Program-made: the position numbers and the translations under genes
Source of the DNA: a virus
Virus record (IMG/VR): IMGVR_UViG_3300021135_000003
Direction: 5' to 3' (one strand)
Length of the DNA: 64,000 nt
Shown: positions 16,544 to 26,513 of the stretch, in pieces
How positions within the stretch are numbered: position 1 is the stretch's first letter
Layout of the letters: every line of letters starts with the position of its first letter
Notes under the pieces: model-generated
Told to the model about the DNA's origin: nothing
The model's input: the letters and a program-made list of their open reading frames with translations, nothing else
Databases searched by the model: none

Positions 16544-17145
16544 TATGCTCTTCTTGTAATTTTTCTGGATTCTGACCAGACTTGTTGTTTAGATGCACCA
16601 ACAAATCTTTCAACTGGTAATAACATAGCAGTTGCCCAATCCTCTGAATAGATTTGTCTAAATTGACTTCTTACATGACCATTTAAATACTGCTTCACGC
16701 AAGGTTTCGCTGGAGCAAAACGGGAAACGCCATCTATTAATGCCCAGCTATATTTAATCTTTGTTGTTTCATCCCAACGACTATTGCTTTTAAAAACTAG
16801 AAGTTGATCAAGCAATTTAATACGTAAATCGTATGGTAAATAATGCATATTTAATCCATAGAAACCATCTTGGGTTTTTCTAAAAGGAAATACCAAAGGG
16901 AATCTATCATAATATGGCAAATCTTCTTTGGTTTTTGGGTCATAAATATACATATACAAAGACCCTGGAACAATTGAAGTTCGCATATCTGATGGCTCAC
17001 CCTTCAACACTTTATTGGGAGTGATGTTTTGCTGAGCCATTGCGGCAACTTGTTTTTCAAACCAACCTCTAGATCTCTTTACCGCAGTTAAGAGATCGTA
17101 TTTATTTTGGTCAAAAACGTCTTGAATTGGTTTCTTAATAGCCAT
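16543..17145 (-). CDS. gp2: DNA end protector protein gp2
   Basis: YDPKTKEDLPYYDRFPL, GLNMHYLP, KPCVKQYL..HVRS. Confidence 0.9.
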   Translation of the reverse strand: MAIKKPIQDVFDQNKYDLLTAVKRSRGWFEKQVAAMAQQNITPNKVLKGEPSDMRTSIVPGSLYMYIYDPKTKEDLPYYDRFPLVFPFRKTQDGFYGLNMHYLPYDLRIKLLDQLLVFKSNSRWDETTKIKYSWALIDGVSRFAPAKPCVKQYLNGHVRSQFRQIYSEDWATAMLLPVERFVGASKQQVWSESRKITRRA

Positions 17146-17159
17146 ATTCTTTATTTAGG

Positions 17160-17597
17160 TTAAGTAAGCCCAAGTTCTTTTTCTGTTATAATTTTAAATT
17201 CCCATCCACGATCTTTAGCATATTCGGTTGCTGCTTTCCATTTTGCTTGATTTTTAATATATGTAACAGATTCAGCTAGATAACGCTTAGTTTGTTTTCC
17301 AGGATACACAGGTGGAGAACATTGTTTAGCTGGTTTTACTTCAACCAAATATCGCTTTAATTTACCATTTGTTTGTAATACTTGAATTTGAAAATCAACA
17401 AAATACCGATGTATTCTGTTATCAGTTGGGCAGCGATATGGAACGACAGTTTCTTCTGACTGCCATTTTACTATACTTGGGTTTTTATCACACCAAGAAG
17501 CGAATCGGGTCTCCCAACTAGATCGCATTATGATATTAGTCGGATCTCCAGAGTATTTTTCTGGATGCAAAGGTTTAAAGAATCTTTTATGGAACAT
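17160..17597 (-). CDS. gp4: Head completion nuclease gp4
   Basis: PEKYSGDPTNIIMRSSWE, WQSEE, HRYFVDF, EVKP, NQAKW, FKIITE. Confidence 0.93.
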   Translation of the reverse strand: MFHKRFFKPLHPEKYSGDPTNIIMRSSWETRFASWCDKNPSIVKWQSEETVVPYRCPTDNRIHRYFVDFQIQVLQTNGKLKRYLVEVKPAKQCSPPVYPGKQTKRYLAESVTYIKNQAKWKAATEYAKDRGWEFKIITEKELGLT

Positions 17598-17635
17598 AAA
17601 TAAGAAATAGAATAGGTAATAATACTATTATTTAG
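17596..17635. promoter_or_regulatory. Overlapping late promoters for the divergent gp48 and gp4 operons
   Basis: ATAAATA (+) 17596-17602 and CTAAATA (-) 17635-17629. Confidence 0.65.
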
Positions 17636-17644
17636 AGAAAATAA

Positions 17645-18811
17645 ATGCCAACTACATACGACGAATTAGGTAATGTTATATCTAGCACACCAGATAGTGT
17701 TGAAAATGCTACATCAGGTGGACTATTAACTAACGCACCACCAGCTTCTACCAAAACAAACCTGTATACTGCAAGAGGTGGACCATCCGAATTCAATGCT
17801 GGTATGTATGATATTCAAAATTATTCATATCCAAGCGACCTTATGTCACCAGAGGGGATTTACGGTGGAAACTACGCTATTTTCTATATTAATGTATCAA
17901 TCGATTCAAAGTTGATTACCAGAGATGCTACGCCAACAGTTGAAGACAATACACCTAGAGATCGTGGTGATTTGGTTGGTATGGGGTTATCTAGCAAACA
18001 ATTAGTTGGAGCAAACGTAGGTGCTACTGCGGTTGAGGGTGCTATTGCTGGTGGATTAATGACTGGCGATCTTAAAGGTGCTGGTGTTGGTGCTGTTAAA
18101 GGTGGCGTAGTTGGTGGCGTAGTTGGTGGCGTAGTTGCATTAAATGCACCAGATGCTAAACGAAGTCAGAAACGATTAAAGACTGCTATTGCTTTACATA
18201 TACCAAATAACCTAGCAATTAATTATGGTGTTGAGTGGAGTGACGAAGATACTTCAGCATTAGCGATGGCTGGTGCAGTTGGTGGTGAAATAATGAAAGC
18301 ACTTCAAAGTAAAGGTAAAGATAGTGATGTTACTGGAGTTGGTGCAGATATTTTAACCAACCTCGCATTATCCAAAGGACCACAGGGTGCTGGCAATTCA
18401 GTCGCTACTGGTCTTGCAGCAAATCCTAAAAAGGAACAAGTATTTAAAGGTGTTCATTTTAGAACATTTAGTTTTGACTATAAGTTTTTTCCAAGAAATT
18501 CAACAGAAGCGCAAAATGTAATGAACATTATTAAACAGTTCAAATTACATATGCATCCAGAATTTAAAGATTCTAATAATTTCGTTTATATTTATCCATC
18601 TGAGTTTGATATTTTTTATTATACTGGTGGTAAACAAAATGATAAGATTCATCGTCACACTTCTTGTGTATTAACTGATCTTGCAATTAACTACGCCCCA
18701 AATGGCATGTTCAATACATTTGATGATGGTATGCCAACTCAAATTGATATTACACTTTCATTCCGCGAACTTGCCCTTCTTACCAAAGATAAAGTTAAGG
18801 ATGGTCTATAA
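17645..18811 (+). CDS. gp48: Baseplate tail tube cap gp48
   Basis: ANPKKEQVFKGVHFRTFSFDYKFFPRN..EA, YPSEFDI, CVLTDLAINY, LSFRE. Confidence 0.88.
   Translation: MPTTYDELGNVISSTPDSVENATSGGLLTNAPPASTKTNLYTARGGPSEFNAGMYDIQNYSYPSDLMSPEGIYGGNYAIFYINVSIDSKLITRDATPTVEDNTPRDRGDLVGMGLSSKQLVGANVGATAVEGAIAGGLMTGDLKGAGVGAVKGGVVGGVVGGVVALNAPDAKRSQKRLKTAIALHIPNNLAINYGVEWSDEDTSALAMAGAVGGEIMKALQSKGKDSDVTGVGADILTNLALSKGPQGAGNSVATGLAANPKKEQVFKGVHFRTFSFDYKFFPRNSTEAQNVMNIIKQFKLHMHPEFKDSNNFVYIYPSEFDIFYYTGGKQNDKIHRHTSCVLTDLAINYAPNGMFNTFDDGMPTQIDITLSFRELALLTKDKVKDGL
18101..18136 (+). repeat. Perfect 12-bp tandem repeat x3 (GGVV)
   Basis: GGTGGCGTAGTT x3 inside gp48. Confidence 0.9.
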
Positions 18812-19566
18812 TGTATTTTAAAAATTTCCCGCAGTTCCTTTATGATTTTGATATTACAACAACAGTCGGTTCTGGAACGCAAGCAGTATTAACTGCAGAT
18901 TTAGCTGGCCAAACAGTTGGTGCTGTAAATATTGTTAATGGTGGTTCAGGATATGTTAATGCAACAATTACATTTTCTGCTCCAGAAACTGGAGATTTGG
19001 CAGCAACTGCTTTTGCTGTCATTAATTCAGGTGTTATTACTGACGTTGTTATAACAGAACCTGGAACTGGATATGCGTCACCACCATTCGTTACAGTTTC
19101 TGCTCCATTTACTCACCAACAAACTCAGACTAAAGCATTAGCATTAACTGATATTACTAGAAATATTCGTTTCCGTAGAGATGTATTAGCAAATGTTACT
19201 GTATATGATTACTATGATATTGTTGATGGTGAAACTCCAGAAATTGTTGCTGAAAAAGTTTATGGCAATGCACAATATCATTGGATTGTAATGTTAGCAA
19301 ATGAAAGATATGATTATCTTGCAGATTGGCCACTTACTCAAGTTGCGCTTGATCAATTTGTAAGCGACAAATATGGTGATGCTTCTGATGATGTTCACCA
19401 CTATGTTGACTATAATGGATTTATTGTAAGTAGTGATGTTCCTGGAGCTACTTCAATTTCAAATAGACAATATGAAGATACTGTAAACGAATCAAAACGA
19501 TCTATTAAAATTATTTCAAGAGAATTAGTTTCTACGATTATACAGAACTTTAAAGATGAGTTATAA
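18811..19566 (+). CDS. gp53: Baseplate wedge gp53 with inserted GSGY beta-module
   Basis: MYFKNFP, YDIVDGETPEIVAEKVYG...HWIVMLAN, HHY, NESKRSIK. Confidence 0.88.
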   Translation: MYFKNFPQFLYDFDITTTVGSGTQAVLTADLAGQTVGAVNIVNGGSGYVNATITFSAPETGDLAATAFAVINSGVITDVVITEPGTGYASPPFVTVSAPFTHQQTQTKALALTDITRNIRFRRDVLANVTVYDYYDIVDGETPEIVAEKVYGNAQYHWIVMLANERYDYLADWPLTQVALDQFVSDKYGDASDDVHHYVDYNGFIVSSDVPGATSISNRQYEDTVNESKRSIKIISRELVSTIIQNFKDEL

Positions 19567-20858
19567 TGCAACCAGCGGATAAAGTTTTAAATTTTGCTGG
19601 TGAAGTCAGCATTGACAAATGTGATATTACTACCAGTGGTGGGGTGAAGCAAGATGTTGCTGCACAGGTTATTGCCATTTCAATTTATGAAGACTTATTC
19701 TCTCCATTTATGAGTGGTTCTTTAATTCTTAAAGAATCATTTGACTTAGTGAATCTCTTTCCTTTTGTTGGTGAAGAAATGATTGAGATTGAAATTAGTA
19801 CACCAACTTTAGACGAAAAGAAAAATATTAAAGGTAAATTTTATATTTACAAATTAAGCGATAGAGAATTAATTGGTGATAAGAACATTGTATATCAATT
19901 ACACTTTATTTCTATTGAAGCTGTTATTGATTTAAACAAAAAAATTAGTAAAGTATATACTGGAAGTCCAGTTGATATTGTTACTTCTTTAGTAAAAGAT
20001 TCATTTAATGGTTTACAGAGTCAAAAGGAAATCTTTACTGAACCTACGACAAAAGACATAAAGTTTATTTCTAATTTCTGGTCTCCAGTAAAAGCAATTA
20101 ATTTTGCTACTAGTTATGCTATTAATAAGAACCAATCTCCAAGTTATGTTTTCTTTGAGAATCGTTTTGGTTTTTATTTTATATCATTAGATAGTCTTTA
20201 TGCAAATGGTGTATATCAACAATTTACATATGACAAATATACCAGAGATAAAACTGGAAGTGGCGGTGATTCTAAAAATGTGCAGGAAGATTATAGACGC
20301 ATAGACAATATTACAATTCCAACTGGTTTTGATTATATGGATAGATTGCGTAGTGGTATGTTCTCGTCAAAGGTTACTACTTTTGATATTAATAAGAAAC
20401 AATATAATGTTAAGAATTATGATGCTAAAGCAGACTTCGATAGTTTAAATCATCTTAATAAAAATCCTCTTATTGGTGATAACGCAATTTTTAGATCTAA
20501 TGCATTACTAATAAATTATCCAAGAGATAATGCTAACTTTAGTGGATTTGGTGATGCTACTAATTTTAAAAATCTTCAGAAACGTATTTCATTAATGAAA
20601 ATGGCTGAAGCCAATAAAATTGAAATTGTAGTTCCAGGAAGAGCAGATTATACAGTTGGGCAAAAGGTTTCAGTTACATTAAATAAAATTGAACCAGCAA
20701 GTAATCAAGATAATGACAAAGATTTAATTGACCAAATGTTTTCTGGTTTTTATTTAATTTCAGCAATTAACCATTATATTACTCGTGAGCGTCATGAGTG
20801 TAATATGGAATTAATTAAAGATTCTTTACAATTGAGTATTGATAGGAAAAAATCATAA
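19566..20858 (+). CDS. Baseplate hub protein (gp27-like)
   Basis: IYEDLFSPFMSGSL, FFENRFG, GFYLISAINH; located between gp53 and gp5. Confidence 0.65.
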   Translation: MQPADKVLNFAGEVSIDKCDITTSGGVKQDVAAQVIAISIYEDLFSPFMSGSLILKESFDLVNLFPFVGEEMIEIEISTPTLDEKKNIKGKFYIYKLSDRELIGDKNIVYQLHFISIEAVIDLNKKISKVYTGSPVDIVTSLVKDSFNGLQSQKEIFTEPTTKDIKFISNFWSPVKAINFATSYAINKNQSPSYVFFENRFGFYFISLDSLYANGVYQQFTYDKYTRDKTGSGGDSKNVQEDYRRIDNITIPTGFDYMDRLRSGMFSSKVTTFDINKKQYNVKNYDAKADFDSLNHLNKNPLIGDNAIFRSNALLINYPRDNANFSGFGDATNFKNLQKRISLMKMAEANKIEIVVPGRADYTVGQKVSVTLNKIEPASNQDNDKDLIDQMFSGFYLISAINHYITRERHECNMELIKDSLQLSIDRKKS

Positions 20859-23800
20859 TGTTTTATACAGGTATAGTTGAAAATCGCTCAGATCCTTTAC
20901 AACTTGGTCGATGCCAAGTTCGTATTGTAGGATTGCATACTCACGATAAAACGCAACTACCAACAAATGACTTACCATGGGCAACTCCGATTCAGCCAGT
21001 AGGTTCTGCTGCGATGAATGGTATTGGCTCAACCCCAGTTGGTCCAGTTGAAGGTACAACTGTTATTATTATGTTTGCTGATGATTCGATGCAGCAACCA
21101 TTAATATTTGGTACTGTTGGTGGTATACCACAAAACCCAATTGCTATTTCTGATGATGATAGTGGAACTGCTATCCAAGAATATAGAACAAAAGATATTG
21201 TATTAAGAACTATTGTTGGACCAGTTTCTGGTAAACAATTAACTTTTTATGATCCAGAAAATGGATCTACAAATTTAACGACGCCACTAAAAGCCAATAT
21301 GAAAGTTGTTGGTTTTGGATTATCTCAAAATTGTTATATTGTTACAATTGATTCACCAACTCAGATTACAATTAGTGAAGAAGTTAGTGGTTATACTGAA
21401 AACATTATTACATTTAAAGATCCTCCTTCTAACTTAGATGCAGTAAATTCAAGTAAAGTTCAGGGAGTTGTAACCACAAGTACTGGACAACCTATATTAG
21501 ATAGTTCTGGACAACCAGTAAAATCTGCTCAACCTGATGCATCAGCAACAACTGCTGCGCCAGTTACTCAATCTAATACTAATATATCAATTCCAACAGT
21601 TCCGCCACCAAAATCATCTTCAAACTCTAGTAAAGCATCTGATGGTATTAAAGCACTTATTGCTGCATGCGACAAAGTTGGTTTAACAACAAAAGAACAA
21701 AAATGTGCATTACTTGGTATTGCTGGTGGTGAGTCTGGTTGGATTCCTCAATTAGAAGGTTTTAATTATAGCGAATCTAGATTAAAACAAATTTTCTCTT
21801 TTGCAACAGACGCTACTGCGGCACAATATGCCAATGCGCAAAAGAAAGGTCTTACAAGAGAACAATTTTTCTCTTGGGTTTATGGTCCATCAACTCGTGG
21901 TAAAGGTTTCTTAGGAAATCAAACAGACGAGGATGGTGGTAAATATTATGGACGTGGTTTTATTCAGTTGACTGGTAAAGCGAACTACGCAAAATATCAG
22001 AAGATGGCAAATGCCATGGGATTAACTCTTGATTTAATTAATAATCCTGATTCTCTTGATAGTGATATTAATGTATCAGCATTAGTTGCTGCTTTGTATA
22101 TTAAAGATCGTGTTCCAAAGGGAACTTCACCAACCGACCATCCTGGATATTTCTTTGCTGCTAAAAAATCTGTTGGTGTTAATTCTCCAGATATCGCAGC
22201 ACGTAAATTAGATTACTACCAATATTTTTATGGAGCACAAGCAACAGGCTCAGTAGATAAAGATGCTGGAACTCCAACACCTGAGCCACCAGCAGATGGA
22301 TCTAGTCCAACTCCTGGACCATCACCAGAAAGTGTTGCTCGTGGTACTGATAATACTGGATTTAGAGATCCAAATAATAAGTATCCACTAAAAGATTATA
22401 TCAATGAACCAGATACTAATCGTTTAGCACGTGGCATTATTGATGGTACTATTGTTGCTAAGAAAGATGCAAATAGAAGATTGGGTGTTCCATTAGCAAA
22501 TGGCGAAGGCTCTTGGGATCAACCAATGCCAGCATATGGTGCAAAGTATCCATACAATAAAGTATTAGAAACTGAATCAGGTCACGTTCAAGAGTTTGAT
22601 GATACACCAGGACAAGAACGTATCCATACTTATCATAGAGCAGGAACATATACTGAAGTAGATCCTAATGGGTCACAGACTAATTATATTATTGGTGAAA
22701 ACTTTATAATTATGGAACGTAATGGTTTTATTCACGTTGGCGGAGACTGTAACCTTACTGTTGAAGGTAATGCTAATATTTACGCAAGAACTGACGCTAA
22801 TGTTCAGGTAGAAGGTAATGCTACTTTAACTGTGGGTAATAATTTATCAATTGGTGTTGCCAATGATTTAGATATTGCTGTTGGTGGTGATATGCAAATT
22901 AAAGCAGCTGGTAGTTTGCATATTGCAGCGGATAATATGACTGCTAAATCTGCTAATAATTTATTATTCCAAGCAGGACAAGGCACAAGCATTAAATCAA
23001 ACGCACTTCAGTTAGAATCTTCTTCTGATATGAATATTAAATCAGGCGCAACTCTTAATGCTGATTATGCAACAGGTAATTTTGGTAATGGTGCTTCTGG
23101 TGGTCAAGATGTTGCTGACTTTGATTTACCACCTCCACCTGCTGGAGATCCAGTTGATCCAGTTGTTCCTCAATTACAACCACCAGATCGTCAAACTGAA
23201 GAATTAGCTTCTGCTGAAACACCAGAAGATTATGCTACTCCAGAAGGACGTAAGTTTAATAATGATCAAGCTCAATCTACTGGTGTTCCAAATGCACCAC
23301 CTCCTGTAGCTTCTGAAACTCCAGCATCCCCTTCTGGTGGTAAAGATAGTAAAATTCCTGTTGATTGTCAAGTTATTTACAATACAACAAACTTTACTAA
23401 CGATTATAGAATGTCCAAAAACTTTACGCTTGGTATGTTAATATCAGGTGGCTTAACTGGACCACATAAACTTGTTGATCAAGTGCTTAAAGATACAGCA
23501 AGTAGTCCAGAACGTGTATATAAAGTTCAAGAAATTGTTTGTAACTTGGCCACTGCTGCTCAAAATGTACTTGAACCATACCTAGATGTTCTTCCAGGTG
23601 GTATTGGTGGATACGGTAAACAGTGGACAATCAGTTCAGGATACCGTTTAAAAGGTGTTGTTAAAACTGAAAGTCCAACATCTGATCACTGTAAAGGTCA
23701 TTGTTTTGATGTTGCTTTATTATTACCTGATCGTTTTAATAAAACATATCAGCTTGTTCAACAGTTAGAGAAACTTATTAATTATGATCAGATTATTTTA

Positions 23801-23971
23801 GAATATCGCTATAAAGATCAAGTTTGGATTCATACTGGTTATAAACCTACAGGAAATCGTAAAATGGCATTTACTATGGTAAACGATAAAGTCTACCAAA
23901 GAGATTCCAAAGGCATGCCTTCTGGATTTGTTCTTCTCGATAATGGTGCACCACCACAGGAAAAGAAATAA
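20858..23971 (+). CDS. gp5: Baseplate spike gp5 with GH19 domain, beta-helix and C-terminal M15-peptidase-like domain
   Basis: N-term GIVENRSDPLQLGRCQVRIVGLH..LPWA; GRGFIQLTGKANY; YPYNKVLETESGHVQEFDDTPG; SSGYR..SDHCKGHCFD..WIH. Confidence 0.92.
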   Translation: MFYTGIVENRSDPLQLGRCQVRIVGLHTHDKTQLPTNDLPWATPIQPVGSAAMNGIGSTPVGPVEGTTVIIMFADDSMQQPLIFGTVGGIPQNPIAISDDDSGTAIQEYRTKDIVLRTIVGPVSGKQLTFYDPENGSTNLTTPLKANMKVVGFGLSQNCYIVTIDSPTQITISEEVSGYTENIITFKDPPSNLDAVNSSKVQGVVTTSTGQPILDSSGQPVKSAQPDASATTAAPVTQSNTNISIPTVPPPKSSSNSSKASDGIKALIAACDKVGLTTKEQKCALLGIAGGESGWIPQLEGFNYSESRLKQIFSFATDATAAQYANAQKKGLTREQFFSWVYGPSTRGKGFLGNQTDEDGGKYYGRGFIQLTGKANYAKYQKMANAMGLTLDLINNPDSLDSDINVSALVAALYIKDRVPKGTSPTDHPGYFFAAKKSVGVNSPDIAARKLDYYQYFYGAQATGSVDKDAGTPTPEPPADGSSPTPGPSPESVARGTDNTGFRDPNNKYPLKDYINEPDTNRLARGIIDGTIVAKKDANRRLGVPLANGEGSWDQPMPAYGAKYPYNKVLETESGHVQEFDDTPGQERIHTYHRAGTYTEVDPNGSQTNYIIGENFIIMERNGFIHVGGDCNLTVEGNANIYARTDANVQVEGNATLTVGNNLSIGVANDLDIAVGGDMQIKAAGSLHIAADNMTAKSANNLLFQAGQGTSIKSNALQLESSSDMNIKSGATLNADYATGNFGNGASGGQDVADFDLPPPPAGDPVDPVVPQLQPPDRQTEELASAETPEDYATPEGRKFNNDQAQSTGVPNAPPPVASETPASPSGGKDSKIPVDCQVIYNTTNFTNDYRMSKNFTLGMLISGGLTGPHKLVDQVLKDTASSPERVYKVQEIVCNLATAAQNVLEPYLDVLPGGIGGYGKQWTISSGYRLKGVVKTESPTSDHCKGHCFDVALLLPDRFNKTYQLVQQLEKLINYDQIILEYRYKDQVWIHTGYKPTGNRKMAFTMVNDKVYQRDSKGMPSGFVLLDNGAPPQEKK

Positions 23972-24270
23972 TGCCAGCATTGACTTATAAGGGTGCTTTA
24001 TCTGCTGGAGCTGATGGTGGTCCAGCAACACCTCTTACCCATAAAAATCAATGTACTAAAAGTTTTGTTGCAGAAGGTTTAATTGGAGTGGTTGGTGATC
24101 AATTTGAACAACATACTGCAAATAGATCTGTTCATCAGGATGCATTGAGACAAATAACTTCTGGTGCATCTAAAACATATTTTGAGGGATTTTTGGCAGC
24201 AAGAATTAATGATCCAATTGCAGACGGGGATTATGTAAATCAAGGTTCTGCAAAGACATCAGTAGAATAA
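23971..24270 (+). CDS. PAAR-like spike tip protein (gp5.4-like)
   Basis: MPA..., GDQFEQH, AARINDPIADG..QGS; follows gp5. Confidence 0.8.
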   Translation: MPALTYKGALSAGADGGPATPLTHKNQCTKSFVAEGLIGVVGDQFEQHTANRSVHQDALRQITSGASKTYFEGFLAARINDPIADGDYVNQGSAKTSVE

Positions 24271-24271
24271 C

Positions 24272-24278
24272 CTAAATA
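24272..24278 (+). promoter_or_regulatory. Late promoter CTAAATA (near-leaderless gp25 mRNA)
   Basis: CTAAATA then ATG at 24284. Confidence 0.6.
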
Positions 24279-24283
24279 AACAT

Positions 24284-24676
24284 ATGGCAAAGAATACCCG
24301 ATTATTTTCAGATTTAGATTTAAATTTCACGTTAAATCCAGTGACTCACGATGTAACACGTAGATATGATGAAGATGCGATTAAAACTGCATTAAAAAAT
24401 CTAATTCTTACTGCTAATTATGAAAGACCTTTCCATAGCGAAATCGGCAGTCCAATTAAAAAATTGCTATTTGAACCAGCAACACCAATGCTTGGTGCTA
24501 TGCTAAAAAGAGCAATTACAGATACTATTGATAGTTTTGAGCCAAGAGTAAGCATTATTGATATTGTTGTTGTAACAAATGAAGATGATTACTCTATTGA
24601 CGTTTCGATTGAATTTACTATACTCAATACTACTGCTCCAATAACGCTAGATTTAACTCTACAGAGAACACGATAA
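24284..24676 (+). CDS. gp25: Baseplate wedge subunit gp25
   Basis: FSDLDLNF, AIKTALKNLILT..ERPF..IGS, FEPRV. Confidence 0.93.
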   Translation: MAKNTRLFSDLDLNFTLNPVTHDVTRRYDEDAIKTALKNLILTANYERPFHSEIGSPIKKLLFEPATPMLGAMLKRAITDTIDSFEPRVSIIDIVVVTNEDDYSIDVSIEFTILNTTAPITLDLTLQRTR

Positions 24677-24677
24677 G

Positions 24678-26513
24678 ATGGCAACCTCTAACAAAAAAAT
24701 TAATGTTACTGATCTAGACTTTGATCAGATAAAAACCAATTTAAAAACATTTTTAAGCGGACAATCAGAATTTCAAGATTATGATTTTGAAGGTTCTGCT
24801 ATGTCGGTTTTATTAGACGTCTTAGCATATAACACACATTATAATGCACTGTATAATAACATGGCAATTAATGAGATGTTTTTAGATTCTGCTCGTAAAC
24901 GTAATAGCGTAGTTTCTCTTTCCAAGATGCTTGGATATTCGCCACGTTCTGCCACATCATCTCAAGCAACAGTTACTGTTACAGTTAATACAAATAACCC
25001 AGCAGCAAATACATTAGTTCTACCAGCATATAGTCAATTTAATACTACAATTGATGGTAAAAATTATACTTTCTTTAATAGAGGTTCTGTTGCTGCAACT
25101 AGCAGTACTGGTATTTTTACTTTTCAAAATATTGTAATTACAGAAGGTACTCCACTAACATATAACTATACAGTTGACAGTGGAACTCGTTTTATTATTC
25201 CTAATTCAAATATTGATTTAAATACATTAACAGTTCGTGTTCAGGAATCGCAGTCATCATCAATATTCGAAACCTTTTATCAGGCAGATAGTTTAATTAA
25301 TGTTGATTCTGTAAGTAAAGTATATTGGGTAAAAGAAATTGATGATGGTTTATATGAATTAACATTTGGTGATGGCAATCTTGGTATAGCATTATCCACT
25401 GGTAATGTGGTTCGTTTAAATTATTTTTCATCAAGTTTAGATGCTCCAAATGGCGCAAGAGTATTTACGTATTCTGGTGGATCACTGGGTGTTGGCGCTA
25501 CTATAAGTGTAGTAACAACTGGTATTGCATCAAATGGTGCTGCTCCAGAAGATATTGATTCTATTCGTTTTAATGCACCAAGAATGTATGCTTCACAAAA
25601 TCGTGCAGTTACACCTGACGATTATAAAGCACTTGTATACTCTTTATTCTCTGATGCTGCCTCAGTTTCTTGTTGGGGTGGCGAGGATAATAATCCTCCA
25701 GTATATGGTAAAGTATATCTCTGCGTTAAACCAAAAGATGCTGATAAACTAACAACTACACAAAAATCTCAACTTACTTCAAGTATTCTACAATCAAGAA
25801 ATGTGGTTTCAGTAATTCCAGTTATTGTTGATCCAGAATATATTAATATTGCTATCACATCAACTGTTTATTATAATGAACAGGCTACTACAAAAACTGC
25901 TTCTGACATCGCATCATTAGTTACAAATACAATTAATGCGTATGACGTTAATGAACTTGATCGTTTTGATGGCGTGTTTAGATATTCTAAATTAAGTCGT
26001 TTGATTGACGCAAGCGATCCATCAATCACAAATAATATTACAACTATTCTATTGCGTAGAGCATTAATTGTTCGCTATAATACCTCTGCACAATACCTTC
26101 TAAATATGATTAATCCTATTTGGAGCTCTGGTCAACCAGAAGAATCATTTAAGAGTACTGGTTTTTATATCGCAGGTAGCGATGAATTACATTACCTTGA
26201 TGATGATGGTGTTCAATATGTTCGTTTATTTAAATATGGACAAAATGGTATTAAAATAATTGTTAATGGTTCTATTGGAACTATTGACTACGCAAACGGT
26301 ATCGTGGATATTAGAAATTTAAACATTACGGGTCTTGCTAACGTAGACTTAGAAATTTCTATTCGCCCATTATCTAATGACGTAGTTTCAGCATTAACAC
26401 AAATCGCACATATTCCTCCAGAACATTTAAAAATTACAGCAATTCCTGATCCAACTGCTTCTGGTGATCTACGTGGTGGTTATAACTATACATTTACTTC
26501 TAGTCGTTCATAA
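24678..26513 (+). CDS. gp6: Baseplate wedge subunit gp6
   Basis: LDFDQIKTNLK..DYDFEGS..LAYNTHY, QNRAVTPDDY, PVYGKV. Confidence 0.93.
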   Translation: MATSNKKINVTDLDFDQIKTNLKTFLSGQSEFQDYDFEGSAMSVLLDVLAYNTHYNALYNNMAINEMFLDSARKRNSVVSLSKMLGYSPRSATSSQATVTVTVNTNNPAANTLVLPAYSQFNTTIDGKNYTFFNRGSVAATSSTGIFTFQNIVITEGTPLTYNYTVDSGTRFIIPNSNIDLNTLTVRVQESQSSSIFETFYQADSLINVDSVSKVYWVKEIDDGLYELTFGDGNLGIALSTGNVVRLNYFSSSLDAPNGARVFTYSGGSLGVGATISVVTTGIASNGAAPEDIDSIRFNAPRMYASQNRAVTPDDYKALVYSLFSDAASVSCWGGEDNNPPVYGKVYLCVKPKDADKLTTTQKSQLTSSILQSRNVVSVIPVIVDPEYINIAITSTVYYNEQATTKTASDIASLVTNTINAYDVNELDRFDGVFRYSKLSRLIDASDPSITNNITTILLRRALIVRYNTSAQYLLNMINPIWSSGQPEESFKSTGFYIAGSDELHYLDDDGVQYVRLFKYGQNGIKIIVNGSIGTIDYANGIVDIRNLNITGLANVDLEISIRPLSNDVVSALTQIAHIPPEHLKITAIPDPTASGDLRGGYNYTFTSSRS

